This document shows positions 50,278-62,595 of a DNA stretch of 64,000 nt, in pieces (within the stretch, counting starts at the first letter, position 1; every line of letters begins with the position of its first letter). The notes under the pieces are model-generated. The model saw only the letters and a program-made list of their open reading frames with translations. It had not been told where the DNA came from and searched no databases. The translations under genes were made by a program, and so were the position numbers. Source of the stretch: Geosiphon pyriformis uo1. Taxonomy: Eukaryota; Fungi; Glomeromycota. The DNA lies in assembly GCA_016748015.1 (NCBI GenBank), contig JAAOMT010000494.1, positions 488,190-552,189 on the forward strand, written 5' to 3'.

Positions 50278-51139
50278 TGTTACTCATAGAAATATAGGAA
50301 ATATATTAATATAATTATTAGCCAATCAGAAGTAAGCATAGTAAATATGAAATTCCAGGATTCTTCTCAAAAATTGCAGAATTTCAGAAATTTCAGAATT
50401 CCCTGACAAAGAATTGCAGGATTCCAGAATTCCAGGATTCTTCTCAAAAGAATTGCAGGATTCCAGGAATTCCAGAATTCCTGTCGTGAAGAATTGAGGA
50501 ATTGAGGAATCTTAATTATGTATATATAGTGGTAGTGTTAGAAACAGAAAAGACAGAATCGATACCACAGAATTCTTAGCCAAAAAACAAAATCATCAAA
50601 TAAATAATTATTCCATATCTCAATCCACTTTCCACTATCAATACTTCATGTTGATAGTAATTGATACTTAACCACACTGGAACAATAGCTCTTGATCATG
50701 GCTATTGACGGAATACTAATCTGCCCAACTGCCTGGGCTTATTTCTTTTCTTTCTTTATTTTCTTTCATTTTTCTTTATTTTATTTTTTTTTGTTGTTTA
50801 CTAATTGAGTAAAAAGATTAAGCACTAAGTTATTGATGTCAAGAATAGCCTGGTAAAAGACCCAGAAATAAAGATAGAATTTTATATATTATCAGATAGC
50901 TTACCAGAAGAGCATAACTACCAGACTAAATCCGGCCACTATGCTGAGAAAGAAATTGGGAAAACTCTTGGAAAGATACATCTACTATTAACACTATTGA
51001 ATCTCTGTCCATTATACAAAGGACTCCATCAAAACCTTCAGACACAACACCTTCAGAACATCATCAACGGAAGTAGCTTTTGAGTACCAAGTTACAGGTT
51101 TGTTATTTAATTCAACAGTAGAAACAATCCTCTGTAACA
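50278..51139 (+). repeat. 5' LTR of B2 (862 bp) with GGATTCCAG/GAATTGCAG tandem array at about 50350-50510
   Basis: TGTTAC...GTAACA; direct repeat of 59543-60384. Confidence 0.95.
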
Positions 51140-51141
51140 TT

Positions 51142-51158
51142 TGGTGCTTCCTGTGAGG
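51142..51158 (+). other. tRNA primer binding site TGGTGCTTCCTGTGAGG
   Basis: Starts 2 nt after the LTR with TGG (complement of CCA); implies a tRNA ending CCUCACAGGAAGCACCA. Confidence 0.85.
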
Positions 51159-51201
51159 TATAATCCTACAGAGAACCAGCACTGACAACACCAAACCAAA
51201 A

Positions 51202-54200
51202 GTGGCAGAATCAGAAAATATAGAAGCAAACCATTTAGGATTCGCAAAATCCTTATTTCAACACTATTGTCAATACTTGGGATTAAACCACAATTATATA
51301 TCTGCCGAATCAGCCTTTAATTTCTATGTCAACGAAAAGATTTCCTCTTTATTAGAAACACCAATAAATACTGAATCAGCAAGAGAAACTTTTTATAAGG
51401 AATTAATTCAAAACACCAACCTACCAACAAATCATAATTTCACATCCATCATTACTAAGATCAACAAAGAAATTGAACATCATACTCAACAAAAATATCC
51501 AATTACATATGCTAGTAAAGGCAAGGGAAAATTACAAACACCAGCAGTAACACCCAGAAAAATACAGCCACCTGCTTAGAAGAAAAACAGAGTTGAATCC
51601 CCAAGCAACCCATCCTACCACTATACACCTGGAAGCACCATTAACATACTATCAACAGACACGTTTCCATCAACTGTGACATCAGCATTTGGATGATTTC
51701 CATTCCAAAGTAGACAAAGGAAAACAGAATTGTTAGGACCATATGGCAAATACTTTAAGGGATTTAATTCACAATTATCAACCCTATTAAGATTTCGATC
51801 ACCACTGTCTCCACCAGATTTTGGAATCTCTGATCCATGGGAAGCAGCAGAATCAGAAAAAGAGGAAGAAAAATCAGAGGATCAAGAATTTACTTATTAG
51901 CACCCGATTACTGAAAACCTGGAAATTGAAACCCCAAATTTTCAAATTCAGCAAAATTCAGATCTAGAAAATTTGGAAATCAAAACTTTGAATCATTAAA
52001 GACAGAACAATCCAAACTCCAAATTAATTAATCAGCAAAACTTACCTTCAGTAATCATCATCGATCAACTGCCAATTAATCCCATAACCGAATCTATACA
52101 GCAGCCATTTCAACTATCACCCTAACAACCAGTACAACAACAACTGCTTCAACAGCCACCACAACCACCTAACTTAGATCCAATGGCCTATGTCTCAATC
52201 ACAAAACTTGACAACTTTACTGGTAAAGAGAATGACGCTCAAGTATGGCTGAATGATGTAGAAAAGGCTATCGCAGCCAACAGATGGAATGATGCTCGAG
52301 CAATGCAAGCCATTCCCTACTTTCTTAAGGATATCACCAATTCATGGTACTAAAGCCTGATTAATAAACCACAAGATTTTAATGCTTTCAAAGCGGAATT
52401 CCTAAGATATTTTAGCAACAATAACAGCATCAATCGCCTAGTCAATACATTCACCATCATGAAACAAGAAGAAACTGAAGCAGTCACCACTTACCTGGAA
52501 CGCTTCCATCAAAACCTACACCAAATTCAAGCAATTGACGCCAACTATTTTACAGCACCACAGATACTCAATCAGTTTATCCATGGCCTGTGCAGCAGCA
52601 TCTTGCAACATGTATGTCTGTTGCATCCAGATACTCTTCAAGACGCAGTTACACATGCCAGAGATTTTGAATCCGCTGAGTCAGAGGCTAACCATGCCCA
52701 AGCCATTAATCTAGTAATGAATGGATTATCTAAATTGGATTCCAAATTGGAAAAGTTCAGTGAATCAATTAATAAGAGATTGGAAGAATACTTAGCTGAC
52801 AATTACGCCATTTATCAGCCTCCACAACGACACAATAATCAAGGAAACTCTAATCGTGCTCAAAATCAGCCACATCTATCTTCATCAACCAATCAATGGT
52901 AACAACAAGAAATGTATATCTGCCACTATTGTGGTAAACAAGGACACATCCAAATTGACTGTCATCAGTGTTTAAATAACTAATGATCAGGAAATCAATA
53001 TCAAAACTCTGATCACCAGTCCCAAACTCCAAATCAGTACCCAAATCAAAACCAACCCGCTTATCTACCAGTGATGCAGTCATCCATCTATCAGTCTCCA
53101 ATGTACCAAGCTCTAATCTATCAACCACAGCCACAAGTGATTTATTAACAACTGCAGCCACAAATAATCTATCAACCCCAACAAATCCAAACACCACCCC
53201 AAAGCTTACCACCCAACGGAACCCAAAGACTGAAAATAACTCAACAGAGCTGGAGATCGGCAATAGTAGTCCATCAACTGATCCTCAGTTCTTCACAGCA
53301 ATCATCTAAATTACGCCAGTGAAATTTGGGTACTGGTCAAACCCAAAACCCGAATTCCCAGAACTATTTAAGTCTCCTGGTCACCCCAGAAGACACCTCA
53401 GCCAATAACCCAGTATTCGCCCAAAAACAACTACTCACCAGTAATATCTCACCTGCTACCATCACTGAAGACGAGTTCTTGGCTGCTATTTTCCCATTCA
53501 AATTTGAAGAAACAGGTGCAATGACATTATTTAGTGGAGCCACTCTTGAAGCCAAACCAATCACCGCAATGTACACTGATGCCAAAGTCGAGGGACAATC
53601 CATCAAATTGATCTTTAATAGTGGTTTAGCAGACAGTATCATCACACGGCAACTCATGGAACAATTAGGATGCTGAGTTGATTGAGCTGCCAGCACCAGA
53701 ATCATTACAGCCAATGGAGTGACCAAAACTCTAATCGGCAAAATTGACGACTTCCCTTTCAAAGTACATAGCATTGTGACTCCCATTAAAGTTCTAGTGA
53801 TGGAAGCCACTCAATACCAAGCTCTCATTGGTAATAACTGGCTATTCAAAGTCAATGCAACGTTAGACTGGAACACCCAGGAACTCCAGCTAACATATCA
53901 AAGCCAATACATATGTGTACTGGCCATGTGTGGTCACTTCAAAACTCCTCCAAGAGAGAAACTATTGATTAAACTGGAAGAAGAGAAAGAGAAACCTACC
54001 TGAGAAGCCTACCAAGTGTCGTGGGCTGATGAAAAGCACAACAAACTGCTGCCAATACTCTCCTGGGACGACAATGACAATGGAAAAGGGAAACAAAAGG
54101 AAGAACTTATCTGGGAAACTGATGACTTGACCTGGACCGACAACAACAAAAGCAAACTGACTTCAAGCTGGGATTGGAAAAACAACAAAGAAGAAAAGAG

Positions 54201-57200
54201 AAAAGGGAAAAAGAAGGAGGAAAAAAACACTCAAGCCAACAACACTTATATCCCATACACCTATGGTCAACAACAACCATCGACCTATTGCCGACCCAAA
54301 CTGATATGTGTTGATTGCAACAAGAAATTGTCATCAATAGGTGCATGCTGTGGTGACGACGAAGAATATCAAATGGCAACCAAGTTCTATTGCTGCGCAT
54401 GCCATATCAAACGTTTTGGAAGACCAAAACAAATGGGAAAATAGGATAATATGCCATGTATAGCCTGTGAAGAAACTCTTCTGGATGAAGGGATGTGGAA
54501 TGACATCCCCAGACGTAAAAGAATGTGTGACATATCGTGTCAATACACAATTCTAATAAGCGACTGGGTAAGGAAAAAAACCCCAATAGAAGCAGCCTGG
54601 AGAAGAACCATACAGCAACTGAACAGTTGTCCACATGATGACAACAAAATTTGGTGAAAGGCACTCGCCAAAATTGAAGGGGCATCACCTGAAGAAATAA
54701 AAACAATCAAAGATAACCCCCCAGAATCTTTAGAGCTTGATTGGGATGCAGAACCCATCATAAATCTCCTAGATCTGGAACAATTCCACAAACACTACCA
54801 AGAGTTAGCACCCACAAGAGAAGAACAAGAACAATGGTTAGAGCAGTTGAACACTCGACTATATCAACACTGTCTAATTCTCTGTGACTTTCAGTATTGT
54901 GATGAGTGTGACCTCATTTACAATCCACCACCATGCATAATCTATACAATCCCTGAAGAAGAAGAACCAATTAGCAGATGTGCATTAGAATCGAAATCAA
55001 TTTTCAATCCTGATTCAAACTCCAACAATAATGATGACAAAAACACTGGTTCCAGCTTTGTTCAATATGGTGACAACAACAATACCGATTCCAACTCAGA
55101 TTCCAACTTCGATTTAAACTACAAACAATACATTGCATTATTAGATCTCTCCAAGAAACAAGAGTTGAAATGATATAGTGACAATGGGGAAAGTATTATG
55201 CCAGAACATACACATGATATGGATGTAGAGTTTGATCTGAGATATCCAGGAAAAAATGCCATCAAATTAGAACCATATTCATGCACCTGCATTGATCTGA
55301 AAATAGCACTAGAAATTCTGGCAACAACAATGGTTCAATTAGCATCTAGGAATAGTTTAGCGAAAAGAGGGATCAATATAAGAGAAGGAATAATTAATGC
55401 AGAATATGTAGAAAATATCATCGCCATGCTACAAAATGACTCAGAAAAAGCCTATATAATAGAGCTCAACGAAAAGATAGCACAGGCAATATTCTTGCCT
55501 TTGGTTAGAGTAGCTCAGTTAGTGTCAGTGAGAAAAAGGGAGAAATTAGGAATAACAGTGAAAGGAATACAAGGATTTGGATCAACGGGTAGAATAGAGA
55601 TACCAGTTAATATGGCAGAGAAAAAAATTGTTGGCCAAGGAGAAATTATTTCAACTGGTCAAGTTATTTCCATTCCACCATATAGCCAGTACATGCTAGC
55701 AATAGGAAGGAAAGAAAAGAAGCAAGAACAAATTTTTGAAGCTGAAGCAAACCTTTGTGAATCAGGAGAGATTGGGTTGATCAATCTCCACATACCAGCC
55801 AAAAACTATAGCAGCATAAAAATTTCCATCTACAACAACACTGGCAATGTCATCAACATACCAGAAAGAACCACTATCAAATATTTAACCACAGAAATAG
55901 AAGACCAACTACCAAACCCCATTTCAGACTTTTCACAACTTTGTAAATATGTTAACATCACATCACAAACAATCTATAGATGAGACAAATGTTATTTGCT
56001 CCAACCAGAACAATTGGAACAAATGAACATAGGAAACTTAGATCCACTCCAATGTATGCAGCTCAAGATGTTACTCAACAATTTCAATGACATCTTTGCC
56101 AGCAAAAATGAGTTTGGCTGAACTGACATCATCTAGCATCATATCAAGACTGGAGATACAATGTCAATCAAACAAAGAGCATACAGAGTGCTGCCAACCA
56201 GCCACGAGATCATTTGTTAAGAGATAAACAGAATGCTTGACAATGGGCTAATTCAACTATCAATGAGCCCATGGTCATCACCAGTGGTACTCATCCATAA
56301 GAAGAATAGAAAAATCCAGTTTTGTGTAGACTACAGGAAACTCAATGGTGTAACTCGTGGAGACAGTTATCCAACTCCATGAATACAGGAATTATTTGAC
56401 GCTTTTGGTGAGAACAAATAATTCTCAACATTAGATTTGGACAGTGGTTACTGGCAAGTAGCCATGAATCCAGCTGACAAAGAGAAGATGGCATTTACTA
56501 CTAGAGAAGGGAATTTCGAATTTGAAATGATGCCATTTGGCTTAACCAATGCCCCAGCAATTTTCCAACGGCTAATGGAAATTGTTTATACTGGCTTATT
56601 GTAGAAATCAGTAGTTGTATACTTGAACAACACCAATGTATTCTCAAAAACGTTTAATGATCATCTTCATCATTTTCAACAAGTGTTTGAAAGACTAAGA
56701 AGAAAAGGACTAAAGTTAAATGCAACAAAGTGCTTTTTTGGCAAGACAAAACTAAAATTCTTGGGACATATAGTTAGCAAAGATGGCATCAAAACGGATC
56801 TGGAGAAAATAGAGATAGTAAAGAACTTTCTAGTGCCAACCAATATGACAGAACTAAAATCATTCTTGGGATTCACCAACTACTATCAACATTTTATCAA
56901 GAACTTTTCCAAGATAGCACAGCCACTCAACCAACTGCAAAACAAAGATACAAAATATGAATGGACCGAAAATCAACAAAAAGCTTTTGATATTCTAAAA
57001 AGAAAGCTTATACAAGCTCTAGTACTGATCTATTCAGATCACTACAAACCGTTCATCATCACCATGGATGCATTTGGCCAGGCATTAAGAGCAGTACTAT
57101 CTTAGAGAAAACCAGATGGCAGAGAACATCCAGTGGCATATGCCAGCAGAGGTTTAACACTGGCTGAAAAGAACTATGAAACACCAGAAAAAGAACACTT

Positions 57201-57423
57201 AGCAATATACTGGTCAGTCATAAAATGGAAAAAATATTTGAGCCAGAAGTTTGAAGTGTATACAGATCACAAAGGATTAACATCACTTCAAAAACAAGAA
57301 TTTGGAGATGGAAGACAGTCAAGATGAAAAATGGCACTCATACCATATAAGTACACTATACATTATAAAAAAGGAAAAGACAATGGAAATGCAGATGGTT
57401 TATCATGAATGAGACAAATCTAA
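51202..57423 (+). pseudogene. B2 polyprotein in one frame: N-terminal helical domain, capsid, CCHC knuckle (52921-52962), Q/P-rich linker, aspartic protease (~53560-53930), Cys-rich domain (~54300-54930), dUTPase (55198-55590), RT, RNase H
   Basis: All ORF-track fragments from 51202 to 57327 listed here share one frame. CHYCGKQGHIQIDC, LIFNSG (DSG), [19 protein letters not shown]. Internal stops are explicable as CAA/CGA/TGG transitions. Confidence 0.92.
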
Positions 57424-57486
57424 GAACATTTCAACCCAAAAATATAACAAAACCAGAACAATACCAACGAAAAAATACAACAAAAG

Positions 57487-58845
57487 ATGAACATACAAAA
57501 ATATCAACAATTACAACATTATATAAACACTCAACAGTTCAAGGAGAATTTATCTCAAATGGAACAAAAGAGTATCAAACAACAATCAAAATATTTTATC
57601 ATTCACTGAAATATGCTTTATTGGAAAAATAGAAGGGACTCAGATCAACCAACCAGATTAATTACAGAACCAAAAAAAGAGACAATATTATTCAACATGC
57701 ACTTAAATCCAACAGCAGGACATTTTCACAAAGAAGCAACCATAGAAAGAACCAAAAAAAGATACTATTGGCCATCAATGTACCCAGACATCATTCAATA
57801 TGTTCAAAATTGTGATGCTTGTCAGTGAAGAGAAGAAACAAGACCCAGTGAACCATTAAGACCAATCAAAGTAGAACAACCATTTAACTGTATTGGAATT
57901 GATTTAGTTGGATCATTAATAATCACCAGCAGAGGAAACAGATACATAGTAGTAGCTATGAACTATCTCACTAAATGGCCAGAGGCAAAAGCAATTCAAA
58001 GAGCAGATGCAAAATCCATTGCCAAATTCATTCATCAGGATTTGATTTGTCGACATGGATGTCCAAAAAAATTATTATCAGACCAGAAAACTCATTTTGT
58101 AAACAGAACATTAACAGAATTGAGCCAAAGATTCGGAATCAAGAGACTATTATCATCATCATACCATCCACAAACCAACGGATTAGTAGAAAGATTCAAT
58201 AGAACACTGTGTAAAGCAATAGCTAAGCTCAGCCAAGAAAACCAGAACAATTGGGATTTGTTCATATCATCAGTACTATTTGCTTATTGAACAATGAAAC
58301 AAGATACTACACAAGCAACACCATTTGAATTAGTATATGGGAGAACAGCAACATTACCAGTAGAGAGAGAAATTAAGACATATCCAGCTGAACCAATAAC
58401 AGAAGAAAATTTTCAAGAAACATTGCTGAGAAGAACATATGACTTAATAGAAACATTGGAAAACAAATGAAAAAGAGCAGCTAATAATATTCAAAAGTCA
58501 CAAAAAAAACAGAAAGAAAGACATAATAGTCAACTACCAGACAAACCAGTTGAATTTAAGATTGGAGACAAAATATTACTACATCATACCAAAGCAGAAA
58601 AACAATGGAATGGACCATTTCACATAGAAGAAATTCTAGGAAATGGAGCTTACAAATTAAGATTGGATAACAAAATTTTAACCAAAGCAGCACATGGAGA
58701 TTGACTGAAGCCATATCATGACATCACACTACCATCTACCAGTAATATTTCACAATTAGGAGTACAAAGAATACTAGTCTAACCAGATAAAATTCCACAA
58801 GATCTGGAACCAATTGTTATTATCAACAACAACACATTAAATTGA
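57487..58845 (+). pseudogene. B2 integrase (separate ORF)
   Basis: ATG AAC at 57487; MH..AGH..CDAC, GIDLVG, LSDQKTHF, NGLVERFNRTL, WNGPF, LEPIVII. Confidence 0.9.
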
Positions 58846-58899
58846 TCAATCAAAAGAATATATAAAAACATGGTAGATACGACAGGAAATATCAGAAAA

Positions 58900-59529
58900 A
58901 TGGAAATTACAGACAACATTCACACATTAGCATAACAACTCTTTCAATTAATCCAACACCAGGAAATGAAGATTACAATCAATCAACAAACCATTCGATA
59001 TCAAGATACTAGAAAGACATTGCAACTTAAAACACCAAAGAAAACTGAAAATACGGTGGACAAAATCATGGTGAAAGTAAAATTAGCAATAAAAGAATCG
59101 ACAAAAGAGTCACTATATCAAAGGTTGACTAAAGAAACTTGGAATTGGTAGATACAACAATTTCCAAGAAACTATTGTTATTTTTACTTGGGACAACACG
59201 TAAATATTCAGAATCTATATACAGATAAAACAAAGCAATTATTTGACAAAAGAATACTACAACAATTAGAACATTTTGTGGGAAAGAACAACTTATCCAC
59301 ACAAGCCTTGGCCATATACTGAATACACACAACATTTTAGGATAAACCAGAAATATTGCTCAACAAAGCAATGGATATAGTTACCAGTAATCAATTAGGA
59401 AAAATCACCAATGCTCAATTTGAAGAATTACAGATCCAAATAACACAAGTAATTCTCGAAAACAAAATCCAGGAAATACTTCAAAAGAGGGAATTACATG
59501 AGTTGGATTTCAACAGAGCTCAATATTAA
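58900..59529 (+). pseudogene. B2 ORF3 (about 209 aa, four internal stops)
   Basis: MEITDNIHTLA*QL... and PRNYCYFYLG...AIY*IHTTF...LGKITNAQF align to family A ORF3. Confidence 0.78.
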
Positions 59530-59542
59530 AAAGAGAAAATAA

Positions 59543-60384
59543 TGTTACTCATAGAAATATAAGAAATATATTAACATAATTATTAGCCAATCAGAAGTAA
59601 GCATAGTAAATGTGGAATTTCAGGATTTCTCTCAGGAATTGCAGGATTCTAAGAATTTCAGGATTTCCCAACAAGGAATTGCAGGATTCCAGAATTGCAG
59701 AATTCTTCTCAAAGGAATCACAAGATTCCAGAAATTCCAGGATTCCTGTCGTGAAGAATCGAGGAATTGAGGAATCTCAATTATGTATATATAGTGGTAG
59801 TATTAGAAACAGAAAAGACAGAATTGATACCACAGAATCCTTAGCCAAGAAACAAAATAATCAAATAAATAATTATTCCATATCTCAATCCACTTTCCAC
59901 TATCAACACTTCATGTTGATAGTAATTGATACTTAACCACACTGGAACAATAGCTCTTGATTATGGCTATTGATGGAATACTAATCTGCCAAACCGCCAG
60001 GGCTTATTTCTTTTCTTTCTTTATTTTATTTTTTTTTATTGTTTACTAATTGAGTAAAAAGATTAAGTGCTGAGTTATTGACGTCAAGAATAGTCTGGTA
60101 AAAGACCCAGAAATAAGAGTAGGATTTTATATATTATCAGATAGCTTACCAGAAGAGCACGACTACCAGACTAAATCCGGCCACCATGTTGAGAAAGAAA
60201 TTGGGAAAACTCTTGAAAAGATATATCTACTATCAACACTATTGAATCTCTGTCCATTATACAAAGAACTCCATCAAAATCTTCAGACACAACACCTTCA
60301 GAACATCATCAACGGAAGTAGCTTTTGAGCACCAAGTTACGGATTTGTTATTTAATTCAACAACAGAAACAATCCTCTGTAACA
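59543..60384 (+). repeat. 3' LTR of B2 (842 bp), preceded by PPT 59528-59542
   Basis: Direct repeat of the 5' LTR. Confidence 0.95.
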
Positions 60385-60761
60385 ACAGACCACAAGAGTA
60401 AACACTTTCAACTCGTGCCTTTTTTTTGGTGCCAGACTGGGTTCCCAACCTAGTTGATTCAGAACCAGAACCACCAGCAGACGAACTTGCCAGTTCTATG
60501 GTAACAAAAAGAGGTGTATTAAGAGAAATAACTGAAGTAAAAAAAGGAAAAAGGAAAAAAAAAAAGCTATTCTATCAGCAAAAACTATGCTCTCATCATG
60601 GGCAGGAGATTGACAAGAGAAAAAAGTTTTTAATAAATTAATCAATAAAAATCATATTCCAATCTTTTTTTGTATAAAATTAAGAAAAATAAACAGTTTT
60701 GTAAATATTATATGAATTTTAAATTTATGATTAAAATTGGATAAATAAAAAATTAAACTGG

Positions 60762-60821
60762 TTTTATATTTTATTTTATTTTATTTTATTTTTTTTATTA
60801 GCATTTAATGAGTAAAGCCCA
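60762..60821 (-). mobile_element. Tiny LINE 3' end with (TAAAA)n tail
   Basis: Reverse complement GGGCTTTACTCATTAAATGC is identical to the L2 terminus and is followed by an A-rich tail. Confidence 0.7.
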
Positions 60822-61559
60822 TTTTATTTAATAACTAATATATTTATAAACAATATTATTTAGATTAAACATAATTAAATAGTTATTCAACAAATTTTAG
60901 ATATTACAAGTAAATTTTTAAAATAAATAATATTTTAATTAATAATAATAATAAAATTGTAGTTATTTTTATCAATTTACAAATTAATAATATATTTTTT
61001 TTGTTAATAAATTATTTTTTTCTGTTGTAAAAAAAAGAATTATATAAATACTTAAATATATTTTTTTATATTTGGTTTTAATTTTATTATAATTAATTAT
61101 TAATTATAAAACTTAATTTAGCTTTGTGTTTAAAAATATGTATTGGCTTAATATTATTATTAATTATTTTAATAAAAATAATATATATAAAATTTAAGTA
61201 TTAAAATTTGCATTTTTGATCTTGTTTTTTTAATTTTAGCAAAGTTATAGATAATTGTTTTGACTTTTAAATATATACTTCTTAATAATAATATAATTAT
61301 TAATTCTAATAGCTAAATTGTTTTTAAATTTGCTTAATTATTATAACTGATACTAAATTAAAAAAAAACAAATTATTAAATATATTTATAATAAAAATAT
61401 TAAAATCAATTGGTTTAAAATTAAAAATTAAAATAATATAGTTAATAATAAAATAATTAATACTATAATTAATAATATTATATATTAATTTTTTTAATAA
61501 GTAAAAAGTTTTTATTTACAAATAATATAATTGTATTTAGTAATATATATTATTTTGGC

Positions 61560-62595
61560 CAATTTGGTTTTATGTTCAAATTTGGTTTTCTCTGTTCTGG
61601 TTTATGAAAAATACATTGGTGCTGGTAAAGTAACAATTTCTGGTAATATTCACTATTTTGTTTGAGATGTTTTTAGAGCTGTTTATTGTGTGCATTGGAA
61701 AATTAAATCTGGATCTGATATTATTAATGTAAATATGAAAAAGAATATTGATTGAATTTGGATTGCTTTAGTTTGGCACTCTGATTTACATATGGCTATT
61801 GGTTACATAAATAAGTCTACTGCTAGTTTGCACTTGTACTTTATAAAAACACTGTATTGTTATTTGCCAGTTACTATTCAGAAATATTTATATGATAAAA
61901 GATATTCAAGTGTGTTGTGTCTTTATTGTGAAAAGATAGAAACTTTTAACCACTTTTTTGTATGCTTATTTAACTCTAATGCTCATAAAAACCTGCTTGA
62001 ATTATGCTTTGTTCAATAGAGTGTTATGTCTGGTTTGAGCTTGCTGTTATCTCATGTTTTGCAAATGTTCTATTTGTATGTTTCAGATGGTGTTGTGTAT
62101 ACTGCTTTGTGTAAAAGCATTGTGTTTAAGGAATGGTGTTTGGAGACTGTGTTCTCTTCTGATAGTATCAAAGTTGCCAATTGTAAGATAGTTAATTTGG
62201 TGTGAAATTTGGGAATGGCTTATTAGATTGAGGTGCAGATAATTAGAGCTAAGTACAAGGCAATTATGAAAAAAAATAGCCTGGTTGCACATAATGGTTT
62301 AGTGTCACCTAAGATTTGTGGTCTGTTGACTTTGCTCTCTAATAATATTGTTAAGTTGCTTGGAATTGTGGAGATACATGATATTAGTTTTGGTTTCTGA
62401 AGCTTTTGCAGTTTTTTTTAGTACTAATAATATAGTAACTGTTATAATAGATTTATAATATTGCTCTAATTAGCCCAAGTAGCTGGTTACATATAGAAAA
62501 TGCATAATTTGCATCTAGTTTAAATTACTTAGTTTAATGTATTGTACTAAGTGACTTTTGGGCTTTATTTATTAAATATTAATTATAATAAAAAA
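61560..62595 (+). mobile_element. Decayed 5'-truncated LINE fragment
   Basis: ORF 61792-62019 with CLYCEKIETFNHFFVC; 3' UTR homology at 62460-62580. Confidence 0.85.

Larger units (their letters stand above)
50278..60384 (+). mobile_element. Full-length Ty3/Gypsy family B, copy B2 (10,107 bp), 4-bp TSD ACAG
   Basis: Two TG..CA LTRs, PBS, PPT, and ACAG at 50274-50277 and 60385-60388. Confidence 0.97.
43632..60660 (-). mobile_element. Full-length LINE L4 with (TAA)n tail, interrupted in ORF1 by Gypsy B2
   Basis: ORF1 reads across the B2 insertion (..RVESVYSCGL|SYKKPRK..); ORF2 48448-43775; candidate TSD AATCTTTTTTT at 43628-43638 and 60661-60671. Confidence 0.9.

Noticed and set aside
50350-50510. 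Heat-shock elements in the B LTR
   Set aside because: Only two-unit TTCnnGAA matches occur; no canonical three-unit HSE.
58843-58899. IN-ORF3 fusion in family B (in frame in B2)
   Set aside because: Both B copies have TGA at the same site, the B1 spacer is 55 nt vs 54 nt in B2, and family A has a 122-nt out-of-frame spacer. Separate ORFs are favoured, though CGA>TGA in both copies cannot be fully excluded.
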